Virus record (IMG/VR): IMGVR_UViG_3300028025_002828 | Span: 7,293 to 71,292 of that record | Strand: one strand, 5' to 3' | Source of the DNA: a virus | Length of the DNA: 64,000 bases | Shown: positions 1-9,591 of the stretch, in pieces | How positions within the stretch are numbered: the stretch's first letter is position 1 | How the letters are laid out: each line of letters begins with the position of its first letter | Translations under genes and position numbers: made by a program | Notes under the pieces: model-generated | What the model saw: only the letters and a program-made list of their open reading frames with translations | Database searches by the model: none | What the model was told of the DNA's origin: nothing

Positions 1-35
1 TATTAATATAAACATACGAATATACGGAGAACAAT

Positions 36-1118
36 ATGGATTTTTTAAAGACAATCGTTAAGGAACTTGACAATGAATATGCTGGATTGGCTGATGATGG
101 CATTGTTGGTGATACTGCTAGTTTCATTGATACTGGCAGTTATGCGTTCAATGGTTTACTCAGTGGTTCTATTTTTGGCGGTCTACCTTCTAATAAGGTT
201 ACAGCACTTGCAGGAGAAAGTTCAACAGGAAAAACATTTTACGCCCTCGGAATATGTAAAAACTTTCTCAACCAAAACTCATCAAATGGTGTCATATACT
301 TTGAAACAGAAGGTGCTATGACAAAAGACATGCTCGTAGAGCGTGGTATTGATGTGCGAAGATTTGTTATTGTTCCTGTATCTACAGTTCAAGAGTTTCG
401 TACTCAAGCAACTAAAATCCTTGATGCTTATGATAAGCGTCCAAAAAATGATCGACCAAAATTAATGATGTGTCTTGATTCATTGGGTATGCTTTCAACT
501 ACTAAAGAGATGGAAGATGTCGCTGAGGGTAAAGAAACACGTGATATGACACGTTCCCAATTAGTTCGTGGCGCTTTCCGTGTGCTTTCATTGAAACTTG
601 CTAAACTCGATATTGCTATGATTGTTACTAATCATACCTACGCAGTTATCGGTGCATATGTTCCAACGAAAACAATGGGTGGTGGTGATGGTCTAAAATA
701 TGCTGCCTCAACAATTGTTTTCCTTTCTAAGTCTAAGGACAAAGACGGAACTGAAGTTATCGGTAATATCATTAAGTGTAAATTAGAGAAGTCCAGATTC
801 ACCAAAGAACAATCTATGGTTGAAACGAAACTATCATTCACAACAGGTCTAGATCGTTACCATGGTCTTACAGATTTAGCAGTTGAAGCTGGTATCTGGA
901 AGTCACAGGGTGGTCGTATCGAACTTCCTGATGGTAAGAAAATATTTGGTAAGCATATCTCTGAAGATCCAGAAAAATATTTCACAAAAGAATTCTTAGA
1001 ACAAATTGATGTGTTCGTAGGAAAGAAATATAAATTTGGACATGATGAGATTGTAACAAAACATGATGATGCTGCTGAAGAGATGGAGTTGGAGATACTA
1101 GATGAAGACAAAGTATGA
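36..1118 (+). CDS. uvsX: RecA-like recombinase UvsX
   Basis: Walker [25 protein letters not shown] motifs; T4-like position before gp41. Confidence 0.95.
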   Translation: MDFLKTIVKELDNEYAGLADDGIVGDTASFIDTGSYAFNGLLSGSIFGGLPSNKVTALAGESSTGKTFYALGICKNFLNQNSSNGVIYFETEGAMTKDMLVERGIDVRRFVIVPVSTVQEFRTQATKILDAYDKRPKNDRPKLMMCLDSLGMLSTTKEMEDVAEGKETRDMTRSQLVRGAFRVLSLKLAKLDIAMIVTNHTYAVIGAYVPTKTMGGGDGLKYAASTIVFLSKSKDKDGTEVIGNIIKCKLEKSRFTKEQSMVETKLSFTTGLDRYHGLTDLAVEAGIWKSQGGRIELPDGKKIFGKHISEDPEKYFTKEFLEQIDVFVGKKYKFGHDEIVTKHDDAAEEMELEILDEDKV

Positions 1119-1437
1119 GTTAATCGAATCAAAAAATAATGATGCAATTTACACAGTTTGCTTGACATCTGGCAAATTTAAGGGTATAATGTATGAATAT
1201 GGTAAGGTAGAATTAAGTGCTGTTGAGACAGATGATGGTCCAGGAACAAAACTCCACTTTAGTTATGATTTACATAATGTTGTTGAAAGCGATAAATTCG
1301 ATAAAGTGGAGTTTGAGCAGGTAATAGGTGAGATCCTTCATGGTTTAATTCAAGAAGGTGTCGAAAATAATTCAATTGTTTATTCAGGTGGTGTTGATGA
1401 GGATAGAGAAAACGATTCTAGCGAATCTACTACATAA
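1102..1437 (+). CDS. hypothetical protein at the T4 gp40 position
   Basis: 111-aa ORF between uvsX and gp41; synteny only. Confidence 0.55.
   Translation: MKTKYELIESKNNDAIYTVCLTSGKFKGIMYEYGKVELSAVETDDGPGTKLHFSYDLHNVVESDKFDKVEFEQVIGEILHGLIQEGVENNSIVYSGGVDEDRENDSSESTT
1162..1190 (+). promoter_or_regulatory. sigma70-type promoter inside the gp40-position ORF
   Basis: perfect TTGACA-17bp-TATAAT upstream of the helicase/dioxygenase/glycosyltransferase genes. Confidence 0.75.
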
Positions 1438-2797
1438 TGAAAATTACTGTCGTAAAGTATTACCACACATAGATGCATCTTATTTCTCAGATCGTAAGGA
1501 GAAAATTCTTGCGACTGAGATTATTAAGTTTTTTACAACATACAATAAACCAGTAACAAACGAAATCCTTTCTATTGAAGTTGGTGCTAGGAAAGATGTG
1601 TCTGAAGATGAATCAAAAGATCTTCAACAGTATGTTTCAGAACTAACATCTCAAGATACTATTCAAGATTGGTTAGAAGTTGAGACCGAAGCATTTTGTA
1701 AACAGAGGGCTGTCTATAATGCTATTATGGAATCTATTAAAATTATCGAAGGAAAAGACAAGAACAGACAGCAAGATGCCATCCCATCATTACTTTCTGA
1801 TGCTCTTGCCGTTTCTTTCGATAATCATATTGGTCACGATTATCTGGAAGACTTTCAAGAACGATGGGATTTCTATCATAGAGTTGAGGAAAAACTTCCC
1901 TTCGACTTGGACATGCTCAACACAATCACAAAGGGTGGGTTGTCAAGAAAAACATTAAACATTATTCTTGCTGGTACAGGTGTTGGTAAATCTTTGTTTA
2001 TGTGTCACGTTGCTGCGACTTCTTTAATGCAGGGCAGAAATGTTTTATACATAACTATGGAGATGGCTGAAGAACGTATCGCTGAACGTATTGATGCGAA
2101 CTTACTTAATCTAGGTATGGATGAGTTGGCTGTTGTTGATAAAGAATTATTTGAACGTAGATTGATGAAAGTTCAAGATAAGACAAAGGGTAAACTGATT
2201 GTTAAAGAATATCCAACTGCCTCTGCTCACGCAGGACACTTTCGTGCTGTGTTAGAAGAACTAAAGATGAAGCGTGAGTTTTCGCCTGATATTATTTTTG
2301 TTGATTACTTGAATATTTGTGCGTCATCTAGATTAAAGATGGGTGCGAATGTAAACTCTTATACATATATCAAGAGTATCGCAGAAGAGCTTCGTGGGCT
2401 TGCTGCTGAATATAATGTTCCAGTTATGTCAGCTACTCAAACAACAAGAAGTGGTTTTACTAATAGCGATCCAGGACTTGAAGATACTTCAGAATCATTC
2501 GGTCTTCCCGCAACGGCAGACTTGATGCTTGCTTTAGTTTCGACTGAAGAACTTGAGGAACTTGGACAGATAATGGTGAAGCAGTTGAAGAATCGATACG
2601 CTGATCCAGGAAATTATAAAAGATTTGTGATTGGGGTTGACAAACCTAAGATGAAGTTATATAATGTTGAAGTGAGTGCTCAGTCTAACATTGGTTCTCA
2701 AAATCAGAGAACGACTACATATACTAAGGAAGACAATGATGTTCCATTGTATGACCGAAGTAAAAAGAAAACAATAGACGCTGAGTTCAATTTTTAA
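1397..2797 (+). CDS. 41: replicative DNA helicase (T4 gp41-like)
   Basis: GTGVGKS Walker A, YITMEMAEERIAERIDAN, VDYLNI, SATQTTR, QLKNRY; probable start MRIEKTIL at 1397. Confidence 0.95.
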   Translation: MRIEKTILANLLHNENYCRKVLPHIDASYFSDRKEKILATEIIKFFTTYNKPVTNEILSIEVGARKDVSEDESKDLQQYVSELTSQDTIQDWLEVETEAFCKQRAVYNAIMESIKIIEGKDKNRQQDAIPSLLSDALAVSFDNHIGHDYLEDFQERWDFYHRVEEKLPFDLDMLNTITKGGLSRKTLNIILAGTGVGKSLFMCHVAATSLMQGRNVLYITMEMAEERIAERIDANLLNLGMDELAVVDKELFERRLMKVQDKTKGKLIVKEYPTASAHAGHFRAVLEELKMKREFSPDIIFVDYLNICASSRLKMGANVNSYTYIKSIAEELRGLAAEYNVPVMSATQTTRSGFTNSDPGLEDTSESFGLPATADLMLALVSTEELEELGQIMVKQLKNRYADPGNYKRFVIGVDKPKMKLYNVEVSAQSNIGSQNQRTTTYTKEDNDVPLYDRSKKKTIDAEFNF

Positions 2798-2807
2798 GGA
2801 AAATAAT

Positions 2808-4157
2808 ATGACACGTGTTATTATAGCAGAAACTAAACATGATTGCGAGAAACTTCTTGGTATGTTTCTTGATGAAAAAGACTACGATATCTTAATCGAA
2901 GAAGATACAGATTGTTATCTTCCAGATAGTATCGAAGGTAAGGCAACAGAAAAAAATATTGCCTTTAAATTTAGGAAGAACTTCTTCACTAAAGAAGAGC
3001 AAGAAGCAGCTTATGTTGGGTTGCGCGAAGCTGCACAAAGAACAGAAAATCGTGGGCTTGCTTCTGGTGTTAAAGCAGGAACATCTGTTACAGGTGAAGG
3101 ACGTGAGTGGGTTACCAACTATCAAGAAGAAATGATGAATGCTATTCTTGATGATGTGAAAAAAGATTCTCATGGTTGGATGCTTGAAGGCGATATCATT
3201 GATTTGATTCGTGAGAAATATCCAACTGAAGAATCTAGACTGAAGGCATTGGGTTCTGGTAAGAACAATGTTTGGGTCATCTCACGTTTCCGTGGTAAAT
3301 TTAACTTTGACGATTGGGTCGATTCTATCAAACCACTGAGTAAAGAAAAGCGTGTTTTGTCGACTCACGAAGTTCAAAAGATGATAAGCGAAACATCTTA
3401 CGGTAATCCAGTTGACTCTGGTATTGCTGGTTGGTTTGACAGATATCCACGTATCCCATATGGTCGTGCTACTTCATATACACGTGATAATTTCGATAAA
3501 TTTAAAATGTCGTTTCCATTTCTACAGCACTTGGCCAAGGGATTTGAAAGTTTATTGCCAGAAAGATATGCGAAGCAAAAAGCTGCAACTAATAAAATTG
3601 ATCCAGGATTTGTTGTTCCGAATACACCATTCACAACTGTTACCGTAAATAAAACCTTTAGAACTGCAGCTCATAGAGATGCTGGTGACTTTACTGAGGG
3701 TATGTCTAACTTGATGACACTATCAAATGATGGACGTTATACAGGTGGATATCTAATTTTCCCTGAGATTCGAGTTGCAGTGAATGTTCGTCCAGGCGAC
3801 TTGTTGCTTGTGAACAATCATGAGATTATTCACGGCAACACCCCCATCGTTTGCGAAGAAGGTTCTGAGCGCATCTCTCTTGTTGTTTATCTTCGTGAAA
3901 AAATGCTTGAACTTGGCAGTAAAGAATATGAAGACGCGAGATATGAATATGTTGAAACTCGTCGTAACAACACAGAGCGTCCTGAAAAGATTAAGAATAA
4001 ACTGTGGAATGGTGTTTCTCCTGGGATGTGGGAAGAACAAGAGTGGTATGATTATTGTTCAGAAAAACTTGGTCACGATGTATTAGTAAAATATCATCCA
4101 AAGGCGCAAGCCATGAAAGAAATTGCTGGACAAAATTTAATGGAGATGGACCTGTGA
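2808..4157 (+). CDS. TET/JBP-family 2OG-Fe(II) dioxygenase (candidate 5-methylpyrimidine DNA oxidase)
   Basis: FTTVTVNKTFRTAAHRDAGD (HxD), IIHGNTPI (distal H), ERISLVVYLRE (2OG-binding R). Confidence 0.8.
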   Translation: MTRVIIAETKHDCEKLLGMFLDEKDYDILIEEDTDCYLPDSIEGKATEKNIAFKFRKNFFTKEEQEAAYVGLREAAQRTENRGLASGVKAGTSVTGEGREWVTNYQEEMMNAILDDVKKDSHGWMLEGDIIDLIREKYPTEESRLKALGSGKNNVWVISRFRGKFNFDDWVDSIKPLSKEKRVLSTHEVQKMISETSYGNPVDSGIAGWFDRYPRIPYGRATSYTRDNFDKFKMSFPFLQHLAKGFESLLPERYAKQKAATNKIDPGFVVPNTPFTTVTVNKTFRTAAHRDAGDFTEGMSNLMTLSNDGRYTGGYLIFPEIRVAVNVRPGDLLLVNNHEIIHGNTPIVCEEGSERISLVVYLREKMLELGSKEYEDARYEYVETRRNNTERPEKIKNKLWNGVSPGMWEEQEWYDYCSEKLGHDVLVKYHPKAQAMKEIAGQNLMEMDL

Positions 4158-5503
4158 AAATTTTTATTCCAATGCATGTGTTTAATAATTTCGGTGGTAT
4201 TATTAATCACAATGAACAACTGATTGCTGGTCTTAAAGACTTGGGTCATGAGGTCACTTTCGCATACATTAAACCAACTCATACTGCACCAAAACCTGTC
4301 GATGTTTCCACGTGTCCCGAGGGATATGTTATGGGAGCAGGTACAGGCTATCCTGTGCATCAAGGTAAGGGGTGGATCGCTCCATACTATTCTTTAAAAA
4401 ATAATGATAGTATTAAAAAGTTTGTGGAAGATGCGAACAAACATGACATCGTTATTTGGCAATCTGTGTTTGGGTTTAAAAATGCCGAAACAGAGAAGTA
4501 TACTGACTGGATTCCAATGATTGAAGATGTCAACGCAAAACAGGTTGTCATTGTTCATGATGGTAACCTGAAGAAATTATACAGCTGGATTCATAAGTTT
4601 AGTCATAAGTTTTCTGGCATCGCATGTGTTCATCCTGCTGCATATAAATCAGCTGACTTTATGCCAGTTCCAAGAAACATGCTTCTTAACCCACAAGATC
4701 TTTCAGAGATTCCGACTCCAGGTCTTTGGGAAAATCGCAAAGATGTTATTCTTTCACTACAAACATTCAAGCGTTGGAAACGTGTTGACGACCTTGTCTA
4801 TGCTATCCCATACATTAATGGTAAAGTAATTGTTGCTGGCGATGGTATGGAACGTGCGTATATGACATCGCCTGATAAGTGTAAACCTGAATATCATTGT
4901 ACCAAAGAGAAAGATTCTAACGCTACCGATGATATGGTAGGAAAAAAGATCTGGGACAATGCGATGGCTACAGGAAATATGGCATACGTTGGTTTTATCA
5001 CTGAGGGTAAACGTGACTCTATTTTAAACAACTCAAAGTTTTTGATTGATACATCATGGACAACTACATATGGCGAACACTTTAATCGTGTTATTGTTGA
5101 TGCCATGCGTGTTGGTGTTGTACCAATTGCTCGAAATTTGGGAGTATCAGATTATGAGCATGGTAATGGAACATTGTTTAAAGTTGATGAAAACTATTTG
5201 ATGATTCCTGCCGATGCAACACCGAAACAGTTCGGCGATTATATTAACAAATACTTAAACATTAGTCAAGAGAAATATGAGCAGATTGTCCAGAACAACT
5301 ATGAAGTCCTCAAATTATTCGACCGCAAAACTATCGCCCAGCAATATATTGATCTTGCAATGGGTAAAGATGCTGGCTATTATGAAAAGAACGAAATAGG
5401 TTCTTTGGCTACTTCACCGAAGGCAGTCTCTACAGGGAACAAACTCTGGGAAGACCACTTCGAGGTTGCCAATGTAGCTGTTTTGGATGAGTTTTTTGGT
5501 TAG
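4154..5503 (+). CDS. GT-B fold glycosyltransferase (candidate DNA glycosyltransferase)
   Basis: GTG start overlapping the dioxygenase stop (GTGA); GGIINHNEQLIAGLKDLGHEVT, KRWKRVD, EHFNRVIVDAMRVGVVPI. Confidence 0.8.
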   Translation: MKIFIPMHVFNNFGGIINHNEQLIAGLKDLGHEVTFAYIKPTHTAPKPVDVSTCPEGYVMGAGTGYPVHQGKGWIAPYYSLKNNDSIKKFVEDANKHDIVIWQSVFGFKNAETEKYTDWIPMIEDVNAKQVVIVHDGNLKKLYSWIHKFSHKFSGIACVHPAAYKSADFMPVPRNMLLNPQDLSEIPTPGLWENRKDVILSLQTFKRWKRVDDLVYAIPYINGKVIVAGDGMERAYMTSPDKCKPEYHCTKEKDSNATDDMVGKKIWDNAMATGNMAYVGFITEGKRDSILNNSKFLIDTSWTTTYGEHFNRVIVDAMRVGVVPIARNLGVSDYEHGNGTLFKVDENYLMIPADATPKQFGDYINKYLNISQEKYEQIVQNNYEVLKLFDRKTIAQQYIDLAMGKDAGYYEKNEIGSLATSPKAVSTGNKLWEDHFEVANVAVLDEFFG

Positions 5504-5521
5504 GGGCTGGCTCTTACGATA

Positions 5522-5529
5522 ACTAAATA
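5522..5529 (+). promoter_or_regulatory. T4-like late promoter variant
   Basis: ACTAAATA followed by hairpin ATGGAGGG-ACTAA-CCCTCCAT. Confidence 0.5.
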
Positions 5530-5570
5530 ATGGAGGGACTAACCCTCCATTTTTCACATAGGAAACTCGA

Positions 5571-6293
5571 ATGCGCTTCTTACAGGAGTTACAATTCGAC
5601 TGGATAACCTTACTGAATTTTAGTAAGCGTCCTTTCAGAGCCAAGTTCATTCCAGCAAAAGTGTGGAATGATCTAGACATGTATCGTAATGATTCTCATG
5701 GGCTTTCTAACTATGTTAAAAAGTGGAGAACAAAGATAGAATGGAAACCCGAACTATCCAAGAAGAAAGTATTTGATACTCATGTTGCTGTAGGTGGCGA
5801 GTATGATATGGAATTTAGACAATGCTGTCTTATCATTTATTCCAAGGGTGGATTCGATAAGTTTCCATTTACTGAAAAAACATGGGATGCGTTTAAGTAT
5901 AAAATAATCCAAACTGAGATGCATGAGATAATCCATTTTATGCAGTATGATAGACGTGGTGATGAGTGGTCTGGTTATGTTGTTCCATATAAGAAGGTGG
6001 GATCAAAGAAGAAGGATGATGAAAGAAAATATCTTTCTGAGTTTGATGAGATACAAGCGTATGCTCATTGTGTTTACCTAGACTTCAAAACTAAGAGACC
6101 GAATATACCTGTTCCAGTTTTATTAGAACGATGTAAAAGAAAATCTGACTCTCAAACATTCGGATATATAATGAGAACATTTAATCGCGATTTTCGTAAT
6201 AACGAAGCTCTCCCAAAACTTGTTCAACAGATAGCAAAGTGGGATAGAAAATATGAACGAAAAATGCGAACACAACGTAGGCTCAAACAATAA
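5571..6293 (+). CDS. hypothetical protein with zincin-like HExxH motif
   Basis: EMHEIIHFMQY plus downstream EIQAYA. Confidence 0.55.
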   Translation: MRFLQELQFDWITLLNFSKRPFRAKFIPAKVWNDLDMYRNDSHGLSNYVKKWRTKIEWKPELSKKKVFDTHVAVGGEYDMEFRQCCLIIYSKGGFDKFPFTEKTWDAFKYKIIQTEMHEIIHFMQYDRRGDEWSGYVVPYKKVGSKKKDDERKYLSEFDEIQAYAHCVYLDFKTKRPNIPVPVLLERCKRKSDSQTFGYIMRTFNRDFRNNEALPKLVQQIAKWDRKYERKMRTQRRLKQ

Positions 6294-6311
6294 TTATAAG
6301 AGAGTAGTATA

Positions 6312-7619
6312 ATGGCTTCTATTACTGGATCAACGAAATATGGTGAAGGACACAAAGTTGTCCTAAAAGAAGCCGACAAAATTTCTGCGTCAACAAAAAG
6401 CATTTTAACAAAGTCAGGATTTACTCCTGGCCAAACTGTGTTTTCTATCGTCAGACAAAATCTAAAGACACTTAAAGTAGCAAAGAGTATTGTTCTTGCT
6501 CCTGGTAAAGATATGATTTACATGAAAGATAAGAACAATAAAATTGTTCTGTTCAGTGGATCTGCAAGTTCAATTGATGGATTGTTCAACCATTATAGCG
6601 AAAATTCTAAAAGCGACACTGGTTTATTAACAGAGATAAAAGAACTAATTAGTATGTACATGTTCGAAGAGATGATCGAGCGTGGTAAAGTATTGTCTGA
6701 AGATGCGGTAATAAAGAAGTTGGGATCTAATGGTTCAAAATTCAGTAGTGTTTACTACGAAAGTTCTTTGAAGCAAACTAAGACATTGAAGAAAAAGATA
6801 AAAGGTAAGGGGTTTGAATACGAACGCCAAGGTAAAAACAAAACTGAAGCTGTCTATAAACTTGCTCGAGAACTATCCAAAAAGTCAAACGATAATTGGA
6901 ATCCTGCCGATGTCTGGATGATTAAGAAAACATTCGACATGAAAAAAATTACAAACGCAAACTCGTTAGATGAATTGAATACAAGTATCGCCAATGCGTA
7001 TAAGAAAGGTGAGGTATATCCTATATCTTTAAAACAAGTTTCTAACGCAGAAGCAGAGTTTAATGTTATCGATGCATCATCACAAATGAATCAGAAATTA
7101 GAATATGATTTTAAGTTCGAGAAGGTAGACTTATCAGATACGTATGCTAATTTTATTGTTCAAACTAAATCTGGTTTCGCAGTTCGTTGTGGTTTTAAAG
7201 CATCTGCAACAACATTGAATGTATCATTAGAAGGAAGGTTTATTGGCGCAGGGTATCAACTCGGCGCAGTAGATGCTAAAACTTTTGGACCATACATTAA
7301 AGAAAAGTTTGGTTATGAGTTAAGAAGTGGTGTTGGTGTTACGGCAGCACAACAGAAGAAAGCTCTTGAAGAATTGAAAATAATATTCGGAAAATATCCT
7401 AGACTTTCTAATACCATTAAAGATTTTAAACACGCAGAACAACTATTCAAAACTGCCGACAGTTTGACAAAAGACAGATTTGCCAATATTATATCTTACC
7501 TCTATGCTGTTGTTGGGTTGCCAAAAAACACCAAGCAGTTTGAGGAAGTTATGACTTACTGTTATTTTAGTTCTAAAAAGATAACTACTGGAGCGTGTCT
7601 GTACACCATCCTACAATAA
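6312..7619 (+). CDS. putative PD-(D/E)xK nuclease-like protein
   Basis: WNPADVW ... PISLKQ arrangement typical of restriction-endonuclease-like folds. Confidence 0.45.
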   Translation: MASITGSTKYGEGHKVVLKEADKISASTKSILTKSGFTPGQTVFSIVRQNLKTLKVAKSIVLAPGKDMIYMKDKNNKIVLFSGSASSIDGLFNHYSENSKSDTGLLTEIKELISMYMFEEMIERGKVLSEDAVIKKLGSNGSKFSSVYYESSLKQTKTLKKKIKGKGFEYERQGKNKTEAVYKLARELSKKSNDNWNPADVWMIKKTFDMKKITNANSLDELNTSIANAYKKGEVYPISLKQVSNAEAEFNVIDASSQMNQKLEYDFKFEKVDLSDTYANFIVQTKSGFAVRCGFKASATTLNVSLEGRFIGAGYQLGAVDAKTFGPYIKEKFGYELRSGVGVTAAQQKKALEELKIIFGKYPRLSNTIKDFKHAEQLFKTADSLTKDRFANIISYLYAVVGLPKNTKQFEEVMTYCYFSSKKITTGACLYTILQ

Positions 7620-7681
7620 CCCTACCAGCAGTAGGGGTATTAAATAAAGTGCTTGACATTAATTTGGAAATAGGGTATAAT
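7618..7681 (+). promoter_or_regulatory. sigma70 promoter with upstream palindrome
   Basis: AACCCTAC-N5-GTAGGGGT, then TTGACA(7653)-17-TATAAT(7676). Confidence 0.8.
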
Positions 7682-7687
7682 AAAGGT

Positions 7688-8311
7688 ATGAAGTTAAAAG
7701 AATATCTACTAAAAGAAGAAGAAAAACTGGGTCGTCTCTCCATATTCGATATTGACGACACCCTCTTCCATACGACTGCCCAAATCGCTGTTGTCAAAGA
7801 TGGTAAGAAAATTAAGAAACTTACCAATCAAGAATTTAATACATACAAACTTGCTGCTGGCGAGTCTTTCGACTTTTCAGAATTTAAAGATGCTGCTAAA
7901 TTCTACAAAGAATCTGAGCCGATCAGCAAAATGCTGAATGCAGCCACAAAGTTAATTTCTGCTACAGATAAAAATCCTGAGAACAAAGTTATCATCGTTA
8001 CTGCTAGAGCGAACTTTGATAATAGAGAAAAGTTTCTATCAACTTTCCGTAAGCATGGAATTGATATCGATAAGGTTCATGTTGAAAGAGCAGGAAATAT
8101 GACTCTTAATAATTTGCCGAATCTTCCAGCTGTTAAGAAAGCCATTATCATTAGTCAGTATTTGAAGACGAATAAGTATTCTAGAGTGTCGTTGTTTGAT
8201 GACAGTATGGATAATCTAAAAGAATTTTTAAAATTAAGATCTAAGTTTGTGATGGTTAGATTTAATGCGTACTTGGTTCTTCCAAGTGGACAAATAAAGT
8301 TGGTAAAATAA
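7688..8311 (+). CDS. HAD-superfamily phosphatase with capsid-targeting-like N-terminus
   Basis: IFDIDDTL, VTAR, FDDS motifs; N-term MKLKEYLLKE; ATG at the predicted +1. Confidence 0.75.
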   Translation: MKLKEYLLKEEEKLGRLSIFDIDDTLFHTTAQIAVVKDGKKIKKLTNQEFNTYKLAAGESFDFSEFKDAAKFYKESEPISKMLNAATKLISATDKNPENKVIIVTARANFDNREKFLSTFRKHGIDIDKVHVERAGNMTLNNLPNLPAVKKAIIISQYLKTNKYSRVSLFDDSMDNLKEFLKLRSKFVMVRFNAYLVLPSGQIKLVK

Positions 8312-9540
8312 TGTTAAAATTAAAATCGTTTATTGCTGAAGAGAAAAATACCCATATGGAACACATTGAAGATTTGGTCTTCAATGATGGAGTAAAGGGT
8401 GTACGCAAAGCAATAAACTTCCTACAAGATTTGCGTGATATGCTCGCAGGAAACTCTGGCAGTAAAATTACTGCTACGGTAAAGTGGGATGGCGCACCAG
8501 CTGTATTTGCTGGCATCGATCCTACTGATGGAAAGTTCTTTGTTGCTAAAAAGGGTGTCTTCAATAAGAATCCAAAAGTGTATAAAACTGCTGCTGATGT
8601 CGATGCTGATACTTCAGGCGACTTGGCTTCTAAATTAAAATTAGCACTTTCAGAATTTAAAAAGTTAGGAATTACTTCTGGTGTCTATCAAGGCGACTTG
8701 ATGTTTACAGATGATCTTAAAACAGAAACGATTGACGGAACAAAGTATACAACCTTCCATCCTAACACTCTTGTTTATGCTGTTCCTTATGACAGCTCTC
8801 TAGCTGCTAAGATTCGTTCTGCCAAGATTGGTGTTGTCTGGCACACAACTTATACTGGCAATTCTTTTGAATCGATGAAAGCAACTTTCGGTCTACCGAT
8901 TGTTTCCAAGTTTAAGAATGTATCTTCTGTTTGGATGGACGACGCCAGCTACAAAGATTTGTCTGGCACTGCTACTTTCACCAGCAAAGAAACCCAGCAA
9001 GTTACAACTATGCTCTCTCAGGTAGGAACATTGTTTAAACAAATTGATGCTAAGACGTTGAACGCTATCTCTGGCAACCAAGAACTCTCTCTTCTCATTA
9101 AGACTTTTAGTAACACAAAAGTTCGTGCGAATGAGACTATGACTAATCCTAAGAAATATGTCACTGAATTATTTGATTATATCCACAATAAATATCAGAA
9201 GGATATGGATAAGCTGAAAACCGAAAAGGGTAAGGCTGGCGTAGAAGCAAAACGCAAAGAAATTATGTCGTTTTTTGCAAACAACGATCGTGCTTCTATA
9301 GAGGGTGTTTTCCAAATAACTGCTCTTTTGGCTGAAACCAAGAAGCTGATTATTGCAAAGATGAATACAGCTGGTTCTATAAGCACTTTCCTAAAGACAA
9401 CAAGTGGCTTTAAAGTTACTGGCGCTGAGGGATTTGTGGCTATCGATCATCTTACAGGTGGAGCGGTTAAAATCGTTGACCGATTAGAGTTTAGTAGAGC
9501 CAATTTTTCTCCCGATATAATTAAGGGTTGGCAAAGATAA
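8311..9540 (+). CDS. ATP-dependent ligase-like nucleotidyltransferase (conserved T4-like protein)
   Basis: motif I VKWDGAP, YQGDLMF, EGFV, VKIVDR; N-term MLKLKSFIAE. Confidence 0.6.
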   Translation: MLKLKSFIAEEKNTHMEHIEDLVFNDGVKGVRKAINFLQDLRDMLAGNSGSKITATVKWDGAPAVFAGIDPTDGKFFVAKKGVFNKNPKVYKTAADVDADTSGDLASKLKLALSEFKKLGITSGVYQGDLMFTDDLKTETIDGTKYTTFHPNTLVYAVPYDSSLAAKIRSAKIGVVWHTTYTGNSFESMKATFGLPIVSKFKNVSSVWMDDASYKDLSGTATFTSKETQQVTTMLSQVGTLFKQIDAKTLNAISGNQELSLLIKTFSNTKVRANETMTNPKKYVTELFDYIHNKYQKDMDKLKTEKGKAGVEAKRKEIMSFFANNDRASIEGVFQITALLAETKKLIIAKMNTAGSISTFLKTTSGFKVTGAEGFVAIDHLTGGAVKIVDRLEFSRANFSPDIIKGWQR

Positions 9541-9552
9541 GAAAACAATTCC

Positions 9553-9560
9553 ACTAAATA
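9553..9560 (+). promoter_or_regulatory. T4-like late promoter variant
   Basis: ACTAAATA in an intergenic gap. Confidence 0.5.
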
Positions 9561-9591
9561 ATAGTGGTAATAACATTTATAGATGGGTAAA

